From Amphiscolops sp. MND2022 (taxonomy: Eukaryota): a DNA stretch of 64,000 nt. Location of the stretch: assembly GCA_964187785.1 (NCBI GenBank), contig OZ076419.1, positions 39,122,001 through 39,186,000 of the forward strand, in the 5' to 3' direction. Made by a program: the position numbers and the translations under genes. The notes below the pieces were generated by a model that saw nothing but the letters and a program-made list of their open reading frames with translations, searched no databases and was not told the DNA's origin. Positions 1 through 12,399 of this stretch are shown here, piece after piece. The number at the start of each line of letters is the position of its first letter. Positions within the stretch are counted from its first letter, which is position 1.

Positions 1-3000
1 TGTTCCTACAAGACAGTATAACTTAGACCACTCACTATTTGGTGTTTGTGTAGAAACTGCACAAGATAAGCAACGCTTACCATACGAGCAAACGTCGACC
101 CAAATACCTTCAGTATCACCTCGGAAAAAATTAAGCTTTAACAAAACTCAAAACTCGGAAATTATATTTAAACAGGACACCGGAACAGATGAAATATGTC
201 AAACCGGTCTATCCAGTGTCAACCTGGTACTTTAAACAAAATGACCAGGAGCAAGCAGTCCACTATGTCGGTATTCCTATCAAGACAAACAAAAATCCAC
301 AAAACTTCGAAACTTTTTGGTTTCCTACTCCAGAGAATCCCGGAAACCCTGACGAACACACGCCTATCGAGAAAACAATCCTACAAACCCTGGAGTCCCT
401 TGATCCCACAAACGACGAGGAATCCATGGCAAAATTCCTAGAAAACTTCAACTAGAAAGACTCCAATGTTGCACCTGATGGAACAGAGAGGATCGAAGGT
501 TTACTAGTGGAATTCCATGATATCTTCGCAAGACACCGCTTTGACATCGGCATGATTGAAGAATTCAAGGTGAAACTGACATCTAAGGACGATTCCCCAG
601 GTTACAGTCAAAGTCTTCCTGCATCGACCAACTTGAAAGAAGACAATCGCGTCGAACTAGCCATGCTACACAGATATGGCATAATCATAACGCTCCTGTT
701 TTCCAATTTTGCTAGTCCAATGTTTGCACAGACAAAACCAAAGAGGAAACTCCGACTACTTATTGACTTGAAGAAACAACAACTTAAAATCGGACGATTA
801 TATAGATAATAATCATCCTGTTAGCAACAAATTTGACGATGACCACCCCATGGCGGGGAAAAAACTCTTCAGTAAATTGGACTGCTCAAAAGCATCATAG
901 CCTGCAGATGGCCGACCAACGCTCCTTTGAGATGTTGGCATTCAATTTTGATAGCCGCACATTTGCAAATAGACGTTTGGCACAAGGCCTTAGCCCGGCG
1001 CTGTCCGCATTCTCAGCTCTCATGAGAGAATACCTTGACAAAGTCATAAAGGCCAACCAATGTGCTCAAAATGTGAACGACATCGGCATTGCGGTCAATG
1101 ACGCTCACCACATCATTGCCAACCTGAGAGCAACTTTCAATGCATTCAGGAGGCAGGCCTTAAATTGACAATGCACAAATGTCATTTTGGTGCGACAGAA
1201 ATTGATTTCCTCGGACGGACCATCACCCCTCAAGGCGTCAAACGCCAAAAGCAAAATGTTCAAACCTTGCTTGAGAAGACCAAACATTCGAAGTCAAAAA
1301 AGACTTTACAGCGCTATTTGGGATTCGTAAATTACTACCGAAACTATGTCCCAAAACAATCTGAACGCCTAGCCCCATTTTACAAGATGCTCAAAAGTGA
1401 CGAAAAGTTCGTAGTATCTAAAGATTTGGTTCAACAATTTGAAGAAATTAACAAAGCACTGGACAAACGTTGCGACCTAGACCTTCAGCAGCCTCTTCCC
1501 AACAAGCAAATTGTCTTGATGACAGACGCAAGTTTCGCTGCTGCAGGATAAGCAATCCTGATAGAAGATTACCCAAATCAGAACTTCACCTCACTCCGCA
1601 AATCATACGCGAAATCTTTGGTTCAAAAACCTTCTCCTCAGCACAAATCAAGATGTCTATTTATGCAAAGGCATTTCTTGCGATACACTTTGCATTCAAA
1701 AAATTCGGTCACACTTTCTGGGGAGCGCCGAAATCGGTCATTTTCCTAAGTGACAACAAAGCTGTGACTCGATTGTCCTATACAAAAATCGTACCCAGAG
1801 CCCTTTGGAACGCATGTGACTTTGTCATACAGTTTAACTTTGTCATACCTCACATCCCGGGCACCCAAAACACAGCGGCGGACAACCTATCTCGTCTAGA
1901 GGCGGATACGAAAGACAAATTAGTCAAGAAGATCCCTGAAGGCGTGCAGACTTTGCCAAAAGAAATCAACGTCCAACCAGCAGGAGTGTCTTAGGAAGAT
2001 CAAATTCTCTATACAAACGACGATGATGAAACTGAAGAACAATATTGGGCGAGGAAAGAAGCAATTCGACGAAATCCTGCCACAGCAGAACAGCCATAAC
2101 AATTCAGTCAGTTTCTACAAATCTGATAAAACAGCAACCTGAGATACAAGTCCGATTACGGAAAACTAACCCAATCAATTTCGAGCATCAATCTAAAGAT
2201 GCAGTATTACAGCAATTAAAAGCAAAACTCCTTCAATATTCAGAAAACGTACTGCAGAACGATGCCCGAAAACGACACTACACCAATAATTTAGAGCGAG
2301 TTGTAGTCAAGGAGGTTATCCTTACTAGGCAAAACTTCGATGAAACAATGAACGTGAAATACCATCAGGTTCTTCTCCCGTAACACTTACTCCAGACACT
2401 GCTTCAGTCCCTTCACGGAACAACCCATAGGCACCCTGGCATATCGAAAAGGTTACAAGAGATCAGACAGAGGTATTACTACCCCAGCATGGTGAAACAC
2501 GTTAGAAGGTGGGTAGAAGGGTGTAAACAATGGGCAAAGCATAAACGAGTCCCCTACACAATAATCACACCTGAACTACTCAACTTGCCGGAATGGGACC
2601 TTGGACCCGAAGACACCATGCAAATTGACCTATTGCTGAATCTTCCCCCAAGCGGAGGATACGAAAAAGTCCTCACACCAATTGCTGTCTTTTCGTAAAA
2701 CCTATTTGCTTCTTCTCTTACGGAGAGCATCAGCTATCAATGTAGCGAAAGTCATCATTGACATCTTGACCAAACATGCATATCTACCAACAACGCTAAA
2801 TACAGATAATAGAACTGCGTTCACTTCCACCATTTTTGCGCGAATTACGCTAAGCTTGGGAATTACACTCAAAATGTGCAACGACCAATCATCCACGGAC
2901 AATCGGGAAGCTGGAACGAACACATGCATCTCTCAAGACCAATATCAAAGTGGCATGTGGGGAACATTGCCGACAATGGCAAATACTTGCTGCTTGCAGT

Positions 3001-3495
3001 TCTGAATTACAATACTAGTTATCATGCAAGAAATAGCTGCAACCAACTCGGGTATTCCATGGACGAGTTCCATACAATATCTCAGAACACAAGCTTGGAA
3101 ACAATCCAAACGAGCAAATTATACCTGCAACGGAATTTACTGAAGAAATTCAAAAACGAACGAAATTGCTCATAGACAAAACTAAACAAAATATATTGCA
3201 CTCCTACCTCAAAGACAAGGAGTACTATGATCGCAAAGCGCGAGCAGCTCCACTCAAGGAGAAAGATTATTGTTTTGTATTACAACCCAAAGCGGATCAT
3301 CAAGGGTCGAAAATCCCATTTAGGGATTACCGTTGGGTTGGACCAAATATAGTGCAAAAAGTGTTACCTAAGGAAAACTATATAGTACGCCGGCTCAACA
3401 CGAATAGAACCCAAATATTGCACCGTATTCGACTAAAGAATTTTGTTTCCGATCAACCGCTCGAAAAATTACAGCCGGATGAGGAACTTGTTTGA
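1..3495 (+). mobile_element. pol: Ty3/Gypsy LTR retrotransposon pol region (RT-RNase H-integrase), frameshifted pseudogene, 5' part outside window
   Basis: Consecutive + ORF fragments: RT (DIFARHRFDIG, SPMFAQ..KLRLLIDL, LAQGLSPALSAFS, YVDD degenerated to NVND), RNase H (MTDASF, SDNKAVT, HIPGTQNTAADNLSRL), integrase (HPGISK, QIDLLLNLPPSGGY, TDNRTAF), C-terminal RWVGPNIVQKVL..NYIVRR; many stops and frameshifts. Confidence 0.93.
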
Positions 3496-3854
3496 AGCAC
3501 CTATTGCAACTAACTTGACGAATGGCGAGCAGAGCACGTTACGTCAAACGACGAACCAAGTGACACAGACGAGAATGAAGTTGATTATATGACAACACGA
3601 GACGGTCTGAAAGTTTTTCTTCTCAAGTCCCATGGCACTATGTTCTGAAAAACTAATGGGACATCTCGCCAAATCCCTTTCAAAATAAATACAGGGATCA
3701 ATGACAAACGGAGGCATGAATACGGGCAACAAAGAGGATGTATAAATAGAAACAAACTGGCAGGAACTAGATACAAACAGAAGAAAATTGAAAAAGTTTT
3801 GTGAGTGCACATAAATACATATGTACACTTAGAATTAGAAGAACCTGGTACTTT

Positions 3855-6800
3855 TTACCGTTTACTGTCGCTAAGCGGCTCCAGGGCAGACTCATCCACA
3901 AATGATTTTTTTTCTGTTTCACTGCGAGCAGAAGCCTTCTTTGGAGCAGCCAAAACAGCTCGATAAGGAGAATGCATGCACTTATAAATCTTGGACCGTC
4001 CGAAGGTATCAACATAGGTCCACGGGTCATAAGCCGGGGAAAGGCTGACCGACCAGCAGAAGCAGAGAAGAGTAAAACTTTCCCAAGTTGGCATCAGGGC
4101 TACAGAGCGCTACAGAGCCAGGGACTGCGGCCATGAAGCTTTGGAAAGGTAGAATCACATCAGTGAATCTACTCTGATGACCAGCCGTGGTGATGCTTCC
4201 TATCGTGACATCAGGATATGTTGGGCTGGAAGTAGTAGCACACGAACAACACAGTTTGAAGAGGTAGAGGAGTTGATCTCGCTCCTGGAGGAAATCAAGC
4301 CCTAATAGAAACTCGATCAAGTCATGGGAGGTGCTGGTCACGTCGAAATTAAGGCCATAACAAATCCGCAAGTGATCAAGGAGTTGAGTATACTGATCCC
4401 GGCATGCGGGTTCATTAACCTTGCTGACCCAAGAACGGAGGCAGAAAGTACTGTATAATAGGTCAAAGTGCCGGAGTGCCACTTCCATTGGTCGCTTGAA
4501 CATAATAAAAGTGTCAAAAGCGCCAGTCCGTTGATGATGTCCGACTGAGCCCGGTCTGCTGTAACACCTCGTTGATCGGGTATTGGAGGTAAAAGAGGCC
4601 GTCATTAATGAAATCTGCCTTGACCGTCTCAGTTGTCTTCAGGATGTCTTCCCGCTCCGACATCTTACCGAAGTGGAGGCCTTCAGCTCTGTCCTTACTG
4701 GCAGCAGTCACTTTTACTGGTCAGCTTAAGCCGGGGTAGAAACTCTTCCCCGGACATGAATGTTGCCTCCCTGTGTGGAACTTCAATAGCAGGAAGCAGG
4801 CATTTTTTAGAGGGGGCGTGTCAGGAGTGTGGCAGCGTGAACAGAGTTGATAAGGGAATCTGCTCGTTTACCTGCAAAGGAAGAAGGAAGCATCTCGTCT
4901 ACTGGAGGTTCCCGGTAAAACTGGCCCCATCGATAAACACAAAACTCAATCCGGAACAAGCACCTAGGGCTAACACTGCATTTTGTCACTAGATACTTAC
5001 AGTGATTGACGATCCTGCAGAAGAACTCAAGTTTGACAACGAAGAACTCGTCACAAATGAGGGACCATTCGAAACTTTGCACCTGGAACAGGAAGCCTTA
5101 TAACGGAATCTGAGCAACTTTCTTAAGACTGAGCAAGAAAGGGGACTAGGATTAACTCGCTTAGCTAATTTCAACACTGTGCAATCAACTAACTCAATTG
5201 CGTGACACCTGTACCTCCTGTCTGGGTGTCTGGATGGTCAAGTAGCGGACAGCCGACTTCAACTCAGTGATGAGTTCTCGGCAAAAGACAGGAAGGGCCA
5301 GAATGTCGAGTTTGCAGGAAGATATTACCTAAACAGAAAGAGGTGTGATTAACTCGGTGACGCCCTACTTCCCCACTCCCTCCGCTAACTTACTACCCTG
5401 TATAGGTTTGTAGAAAAATTTACTTACTTTAGAAAGCTCAGGACTGCGCAGGACCCAAGTTTCAGTGAGGGAGCCACCCAGGTGAACTATCAAGGCCTGT
5501 AGGACCGAGAAGAAGTCTATGCGTGCGATAAACTCTCGAAGCGGAAACAGCTCTGTACCGCACATGCAAAGTACTCAGAAATGTCGATAGTGCAAGCCAG
5601 ATCGGCGGGACATCCTGAGCAGGCACGATCTCAGTCTTTGTGGATACGACAGATAGGAGTCGGGACAGGGACCCCAATTCCCTGGCCAGTTCAGTTGAGG
5701 GAAGGGAACTTCGGCAGATGAAGACGCGACAGAGTGCAGCTCCTCTCCAGAACTTTAAGGACATGTACCGGTTGATCCCAATGTCCTCAAATTCAACCGA
5801 AAAACCCTGTTGGGCTGAAAAGGACAATCGGGAATTGTTAAAACTAGACTATTTTGCAAATGCGTGACTTACAAAATCCTACCTATTCCCAAGCGTTCTT
5901 CCCCCCAGTCGAAATCGCAGAATGTAGCCTGGTGATTAGTCAAGTAGCCCACTCGTGACCACATGTTCCTCAGGATCGAAAGATCCCAATGAGTTTGTAT
6001 GAAGTTTTCTACCAAACAGAGTTGTCTTCGTAATCGATGCTCTGGAAAGACGAGTGCGGTGGTGGACTCTTTGAAGAAACCCTCGTAAAAAGGAATTCGT
6101 TCTCTAATGTCCCCAAGCTCTGCATAGATGAAATTGGAAAGCTTTTTGGCTAGTTCTATTTTCGTTAGCACCTTCCCATTACGACCACGGAAACGGTGTT
6201 GGATCTTTCCACTGACCGGATCAACACTCTTCGTATCGCCCCCTCTGGTCCCGCCTCAAGTGTCTCCCTGTGCAGTGGCGTCGGAGAATTTCTACCGTCC
6301 CTCTCGTCTTGATAGAGAATTTCGTTTTGCATATATGGCACCACGCCATGTGAGGGTTGTGAATAGGGTCCGTAGGCCCGGATATGAATGAGCGGGTCCA
6401 GTCAATTTTTGCAAAGACTTCTTCGCGCATTGGAACTCCTCTTTGAGATACTATACTCTGTAGTCTCGCCTTCTTCTGCCATTTGTGCGGAATGAACTGT
6501 CGCTGAACTTGAAGGGACTTGATCCGACCTTGAGTTCTTTTTGAAAGACTCGGAGATTAGAGCCATTTAGGTGGCGCTGTCACTGTCACCATAAAATGAA
6601 GAGCCGTCCACGTCTCCGGACCCTTCAGTTCCAACCTCGGTGGGTGCATCGCTATCTGTCTCGGAAGAGCTTGAACCTCTATGGCCCCTGGGCCCAGGTG
6701 TTTGAGCTCGGTCACTGGAGCGGATATGGGCTGTTCTGGATGCAGCAGTTGTTGGAGTCCCCTTAACAGCATCAATGACCATCCGTTCGATGGTGGTGTA

Positions 6801-7600
6801 TGACATTCTGATTATCTCATCTGTTAGAACCCTTAACAGGTTATACACATGCGATTCCGTAAAGGCAACAGTGGGGTGCCCGACGGGAAGCCTGAAGGTA
6901 TAAGTTTCCTCAAGGTATCTTTTGAGAAGCGCTCTACTTCAATCAGACAGACGAGGGAGGTTGTCTTATTCTGTGGCGATTGTTGGGTCAGCAGTTCTTC
7001 CAGATCCAAGCTGATGAGCCCCGAAGCCCGATTCGTCACATTCATCAGTCCCTGACTTTGAACCTGCAGTCATAGAGTTCCAAGTGGTCCAATTGAAATG
7101 CCTCTTCTGAGGTTGCACCGTCACCCTGACCTTGGGCTGTCCGCCTGGTAGTGATGGGGCATCACATACGGAAGAGACGTTGTTGCCATCAGTCTCATCG
7201 GAACATGAGCTGCGCTTTCCCGGTTCGAACCAACTGTGGTTAGGAGCTCTGGTAACTGCGACTGTGGAACTATAGCCACCTTAAGAGCGGACTCTAAGGC
7301 AGAAAAATTGGCTTCAGTGTCTTCGCACCCACCAGGGAATATGGAGGTACTAGACCTTTTGGTTCCAAGAATGTTGATTACCTCAGTTGGATTCTGGGGC
7401 CCTTGGATTTTATCAGAACTCTCATGGACTCACTGATGGTCTTCTGTCTGCTCCATCTCTCGTACGACAGCTTCGGCATAAGTTGTCACATCAGGCTCAC
7501 AATCCTGGCTGTATGGTGAGAAGACAGGTAAAAGTTGGTTCTGGGACTCAATAGATGAAGTCCAAGATTCAACGAGGTTGTCAGTTTGGAACGTGGTTGG
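3855..7600 (-). pseudogene. Decayed long ORF with BED-like C2H2 zinc finger, hAT-like transposase or transposase-derived
   Basis: Collinear minus-strand ORF fragments: Ser/Thr/acidic N-terminal part, then WCHICKTKFSIKTRGTVEILRRHCTGRH (6221-6430), followed by ~800 codons of globular-looking fragments ending LLYLFKLCC; catalytic residues not identified. Confidence 0.5.
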
Positions 7601-8555
7601 TGTAGTATCATTCTCTGCTGTTTGATTATCTAAACAGAAGGGAATGAATGCTAGGGTTGTGCTTGCTTGAAAGAATTCATTTTACTGCGTTTGAAATCTT
7701 CCCAAAATTCCCGAATGAAACGTATTATTAGCACGTGTTTTGTGATGGAAACAGGAAGTGAACAAAAATAGTCCTGATCGAACTGAAGCTGTTCAAAAAG
7801 AAACCATGAAAATCCAAGGCAATCTGAATCTGACATTTTGTAGAGTTGAGCGAATATCGAGCAGTAGTGCAGTTAAAAAATCGAGCTGAGAGGAACGAAT
7901 GGATTCGGCTGAAGATTGATGAAATACTGGACTGATCCAGAAAGGAGGAAGAAGTCAGCAACAAGAGTTGAAGATAGAAAGAACAGACGACGTAAATGTG
8001 TTTTAAATAAAGAGGGCTACGATGGAAAGAATTGCAAATATAAAGAATGTAATTTGACTTGGGATGTAACAATCGATAATAAAGGAAGTTGGAGTTCGTG
8101 GCTGAAGAAAATCACCAGTCTAATATTTCGTGGTTATTTACATATTTTGAAATGTACATGGAGTCTGCCAGCAAAATGTACAAGATTATCGATATTTTTT
8201 ACAGATTAGTTAGTTAGAGCCTCTACGACTATTTTACCTTCCTTCGTTTACCGTTTTGTTCCGTTCACCCTTGTTATGTTATAGTTAGACTTTTCACCAT
8301 TTTGAATTATTTTACTCATTATTTTCCGCCATTTTATTTTTCATTTTTCATCTTATCGATGAACAATTTTGATTGGTTAAAGCCATTTTGAGAAAAGTAT
8401 GTGACGCGTGCCGTTAATTGCCTTCAAGCGACCCGTTAATTACCCATTGAGTCGGAAGTCTTTGACATTAACAACTCGATAACTTCTTACACTCCTCTTG
8501 AAGTAGATGTTGATAACGCGTGAATAGTTTATATTCAAAGGAGGCCAACAATGGG

Positions 8556-9594
8556 TGTATTAATTCTATTCCGAAAGATTAGGTTGATTCGGGGCGAATT
8601 TCTAAGTGGTAAACCGCCAAAACCAAAGTGCCGAGAAAAGGACTGATTCGGCTTGCTTCAAAAATTTCAGCAGTTTCATTCTGTCTAAAATGTTCGCCTA
8701 ACCTAGTCGCTACTTGAAGTTTCAAAAATTGCAAAGAAAATCTAGATGCAAAGATATAACTCGTCCAGAAGACACTTTGACACGGATGATTTGGACTCCG
8801 ATCTCTGTGCTGAGTCCGTAATTTACATCTCAAGGGATGACAGCGGAGAAGTGTCTGATGAATTGGAATCCGACTGTTCATAAGACACTGAACAATTGAT
8901 CGAGAGAATTGAGAAAGAGTTGCACGCGAGCCCCCTGCTGGGCGGCGGGAGAATACCGAGCGTTAAAGACGAAAAGGAGGAAATGGTGGCTAGCCCAAGT
9001 AATAGTCGGGCACACAAAGATGCCACTTCCAAAGTGGGTTTGGAGTATTCTGATGAAAACTTGTGCTATGCCCCCTAGAAAATGAATATTTTGCAAAGAA
9101 TTCAACTGTGCAAGACTAGTATTCCAGTGGCCAGTTCACCTATTTTTCCGCCCCCACACGAGAGGGGCCCGTTGACGGAAAGCCCGATCGGATTCGCCGC
9201 AAACCAAAGCTTTAGAGACAGTTACCACTTACAGAACACGAGGCCCTATCCGGATGTAAGTGAGACCCTTTACACGGGGTCTTCGGTTTGTGGCCACTCA
9301 GCAGATGCTCTCAAGAAAGAAAAGGTAGGGTTCTACATGAGAAGTTCAACACCGAGGGAAGAACCGGAGCATGTGACGAACCTCAGAACGGAAGCCTATG
9401 AAAATTGTCTAAACGCAGGTTCGTTTCTATTTTTAACACCCGCAGTGTCGCAGACTGTCGCCTGTGATGGCACGAGAAAAACTACAACCGCAGACGGTCA
9501 GGAATAAGCGCCCGGAACCCTCCCCATTTTTTAAAATACAAACAAACAAACTTTTTTATTCAATCCATTTACTTGTTAAGCTATTTTGGAAACA
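8556..9594 (+). repeat. Possible LTR (3' LTR of the first Gypsy element or a solo LTR)
   Basis: Begins TGT after a purine-rich tract (caaaggaggccaacaatggg) and ends ACA; no partner LTR or TSD in the window. Confidence 0.25.
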
Positions 9595-10614
9595 CCGTTG
9601 CTATAGTTATTTTATTAATCTGTTATCCGTTGATGAATGGTCAAAGTTGCTGTATAGGTTTTAAAAGAATGACAAATTCAAGCTGAAGTAAGTGTACTAA
9701 GCAGCGGAGAGGAAACAAGTTCAAATGCAGAAACGTAGTTTTTCGGCAACGTTGTTTACCAGCGATCATTAAACCAATCACAGTGCAGTGTTTGCAGTAC
9801 TATTTTGAAGCATTGTTAATACGGTCGATTACGGCCAATTGACCACACAGAGCTAAAAAGTAATGGAACATCAAACAAATGGCTGGTTCCGGCCATCTAG
9901 TCTTTTAATCACGTGCAGTGTGCTAACTTACTAATAATAGTAAAGACCCGTCTAAGTTGTACTTAAGTTGCTTTCTTGCATGTTTTACAGTAAATAAGTA
10001 ATGTCAAGTAATGACTTGGTAATTGGAGGTGCTATCTTTTGTGTACCGGTCCTTAGACCAAATGAGACGAAAGATATTCCCAACCTTGGATGAATATCCT
10101 ATTTTGGCCATTGCAAGATGAAGGTCAAACAAAACATGAAAATTAGTGCATTATTTAACCGGATATACATTTGTTCACATACAATAATGCGTTATTAGAA
10201 GTGCATATTTTCAATGTCATTGATGTATTGATGACAGTGATATTTGTTGCTATTTATAGTTAGATGACACATTCCTTCATAACCCTATTAGGCCAAACTC
10301 CTAAGGTGCTTTGATAGTGTTGACACCGCTAGTAAAGTGTAACACTAATAGCAGACACTCACTTTAGTAATGCGCCCTCATGGAATTTGTAAGTGAAAAC
10401 CGCATAATGTTTTGTTTGATCAAATGCAAATGGAATGTTGTTTTTGTTGATACAACAAAGTAAAAAATGAAACATGAATGTCACTCTCTCAGGGGTGTAT
10501 ATACTATTTTTTTCCTTGAGAGAGACACAATTTGATTAGTTTTACTACCATTCATACGCTTAGGGAAAATCCAAACCTGATTTCCTAATAAAATATTACA
10601 AATAGGAGTTCTTG

Positions 10615-10885
10615 ATGCCTACCACTAGAAAACAGAAGAAAGCTAAAAAAATCTAGGAGAGCAGAGATGCTATCAGACATAGGAAATCTAGATGTTATGT
10701 TGGGAGGGAGTTACCTAGAAAGGGAAGGATGTGAGCTTAGCGACTCCGTTTGTGGGCCTGAAAGTCCGAATTACGACGCACCAGAAAATAACGAGAACAG
10801 CTACCTTAATTCTAGGGAAAATAGATCAAGTAGCAGTGCCAGATATGGTTATAACTTAGCTGGTACAGTCTCTAGTGCCGAGTTT
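10615..10885 (+). pseudogene. N-terminus of a gag-like ORF, truncated by the assembly gap
   Basis: ATG at 10615 gives MPTTRKQKKAKKSRRAEMLSDIGNLDVMLGG, open up to the N run; retroelement origin is inferred from context. Confidence 0.35.
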
Positions 10886-11085
10886 NNNNNNNNNNNNNNN
10901 NNNNNNNNNNNNNNNNNNNNNNNNNNNNNNNNNNNNNNNNNNNNNNNNNNNNNNNNNNNNNNNNNNNNNNNNNNNNNNNNNNNNNNNNNNNNNNNNNNNN
11001 NNNNNNNNNNNNNNNNNNNNNNNNNNNNNNNNNNNNNNNNNNNNNNNNNNNNNNNNNNNNNNNNNNNNNNNNNNNNNNNNNNNNN
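10886..11085. other. Assembly gap (200 N)
   Basis: Run of n characters. Confidence 0.99.
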
Positions 11086-11225
11086 AACTCTTTAAATAGA
11101 CCAAGTATAGATTTTCATACCAATAATTTAGGTTATTTCCTTCAATTTGAAAAATTGTAGAAGAGGCATCTGCCAGGGCAGATTTTTTTCGAACTCTGGA
11201 CATGGAACAAAGTAACCAATAACTC
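11086..11225 (+). repeat. Possible LTR 3' end plus primer-binding site
   Basis: ...gaactctggaCA followed directly by TGGaacaaagtaacc (11203), the CA|TGG arrangement of an LTR/PBS junction; matching tRNA not identified. Confidence 0.25.
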
Positions 11226-11954
11226 GGTTTTCAGTGTCGGCGGACTGTAGATATCGGAGTTGAGCCTATGTTCTACTGTCTAAATACCGTAATCGCAAAA
11301 ATACGTACTGAAGAACCCAACAGTTTCTCGATCTACCAGGAAAATACCAAAACGAATGAAGCTTCAGGTGTCATTTTATTCAGGGATCGGCAATTGAATG
11401 TTGCAATTTATTTGCATCTGGAGAAGCAGTTTAACATTTAGTTTTTTTGTGTAACATTGCTGCACCTAAAATTCCCAGAATTGCAATTTTTGCTACGTTG
11501 AATTCTGCTGCCGGGTCTTTGAAACAAATCTGAAACAACCTGTGACAGAATCGATTTCGTATATTTTGTTCACTTTTCTTTCCTATGCTATTCAATCTTC
11601 GGATAGGTGAGCAAGTCAACTTCTCACTTTATAGTCACTGGCGAAAACTAATCTATTTGCTTCTCAAATGATGATATCAAATCTAAATTGGATGGTTTTC
11701 AAAGGAGGTTTATACACAGTTATGAACAGTGTCCGTGGTTTTTCCTTCCATTGGCAACCAGTTATGGTGTTCTAGACATGTTTATGAACTGGAGTTCGTT
11801 GCGTTTTTTTCGGTATGACTTCTTTCATGCCTTAAAGGGTCATGAAACTACCACTACAAACAAGACGGAAACGTCTAAAGTCGGCGCTATATCTAAGGCT
11901 CAAGAAGCGCAAAAAATTTTTTTCAAAAAAGTTTTTGAATATTTTTTCTTTCAA

Positions 11955-12195
11955 AAATAGTGGCATAGTGCCGAAAAATGTAAAAGGGGGAACCCTTTGG
12001 GCTTCATCAACATATATTTTGTTGCAAAATATCAAAAACTCGAAAGGGGGACTCTTTTGATACACTAAAAATTTTTTGAAAAAAAGTCGCACAATGCAGA
12101 AAAAAAAATGTAAGGGGGGACCCTTTATTCTCGTCCGGTTTTGTAGGCTACGGTAAAATAGTAAAATATGAAAAAGGGGACCCTTTTGCACTAAT
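11955..12195 (+). repeat. Dispersed modular repeat family (CA(C/T)A(G/A)TG..AAAA..AAAGGGGGACCC units)
   Basis: Four AAAGGGGG(A)ACCC/ACTC units at about 11980, 12043, 12113 and 12172; homologous to the reverse complement of 33218-33365 (ccggttt.gtaggct.cg..taaaatagtaaaa..aaaagggggac). Confidence 0.7.
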
Positions 12196-12399
12196 TTCCG
12201 CTGACCGGACTCGGCCTTATGCTAGTAGTTTTAGTAGTTTCGATTGTAAGAAAAGTGGCCCAATCAGAGTGAGATTGTAAACTGACGAAAAAAAAGAAAA
12301 AAAACTAGCCACTGTAAGAGTCGGGCACTTTTCTCTAGAAAAGCGCCGACTAAAAACAGTTCCCATAAGTGTCCAATGTTCAGCGAAAAGGCTACAGTT

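Noticed and set aside
10667-11203. ORFs spanning the N run
   Set aside because: Artefacts of translating the gap; the two sides need not be contiguous
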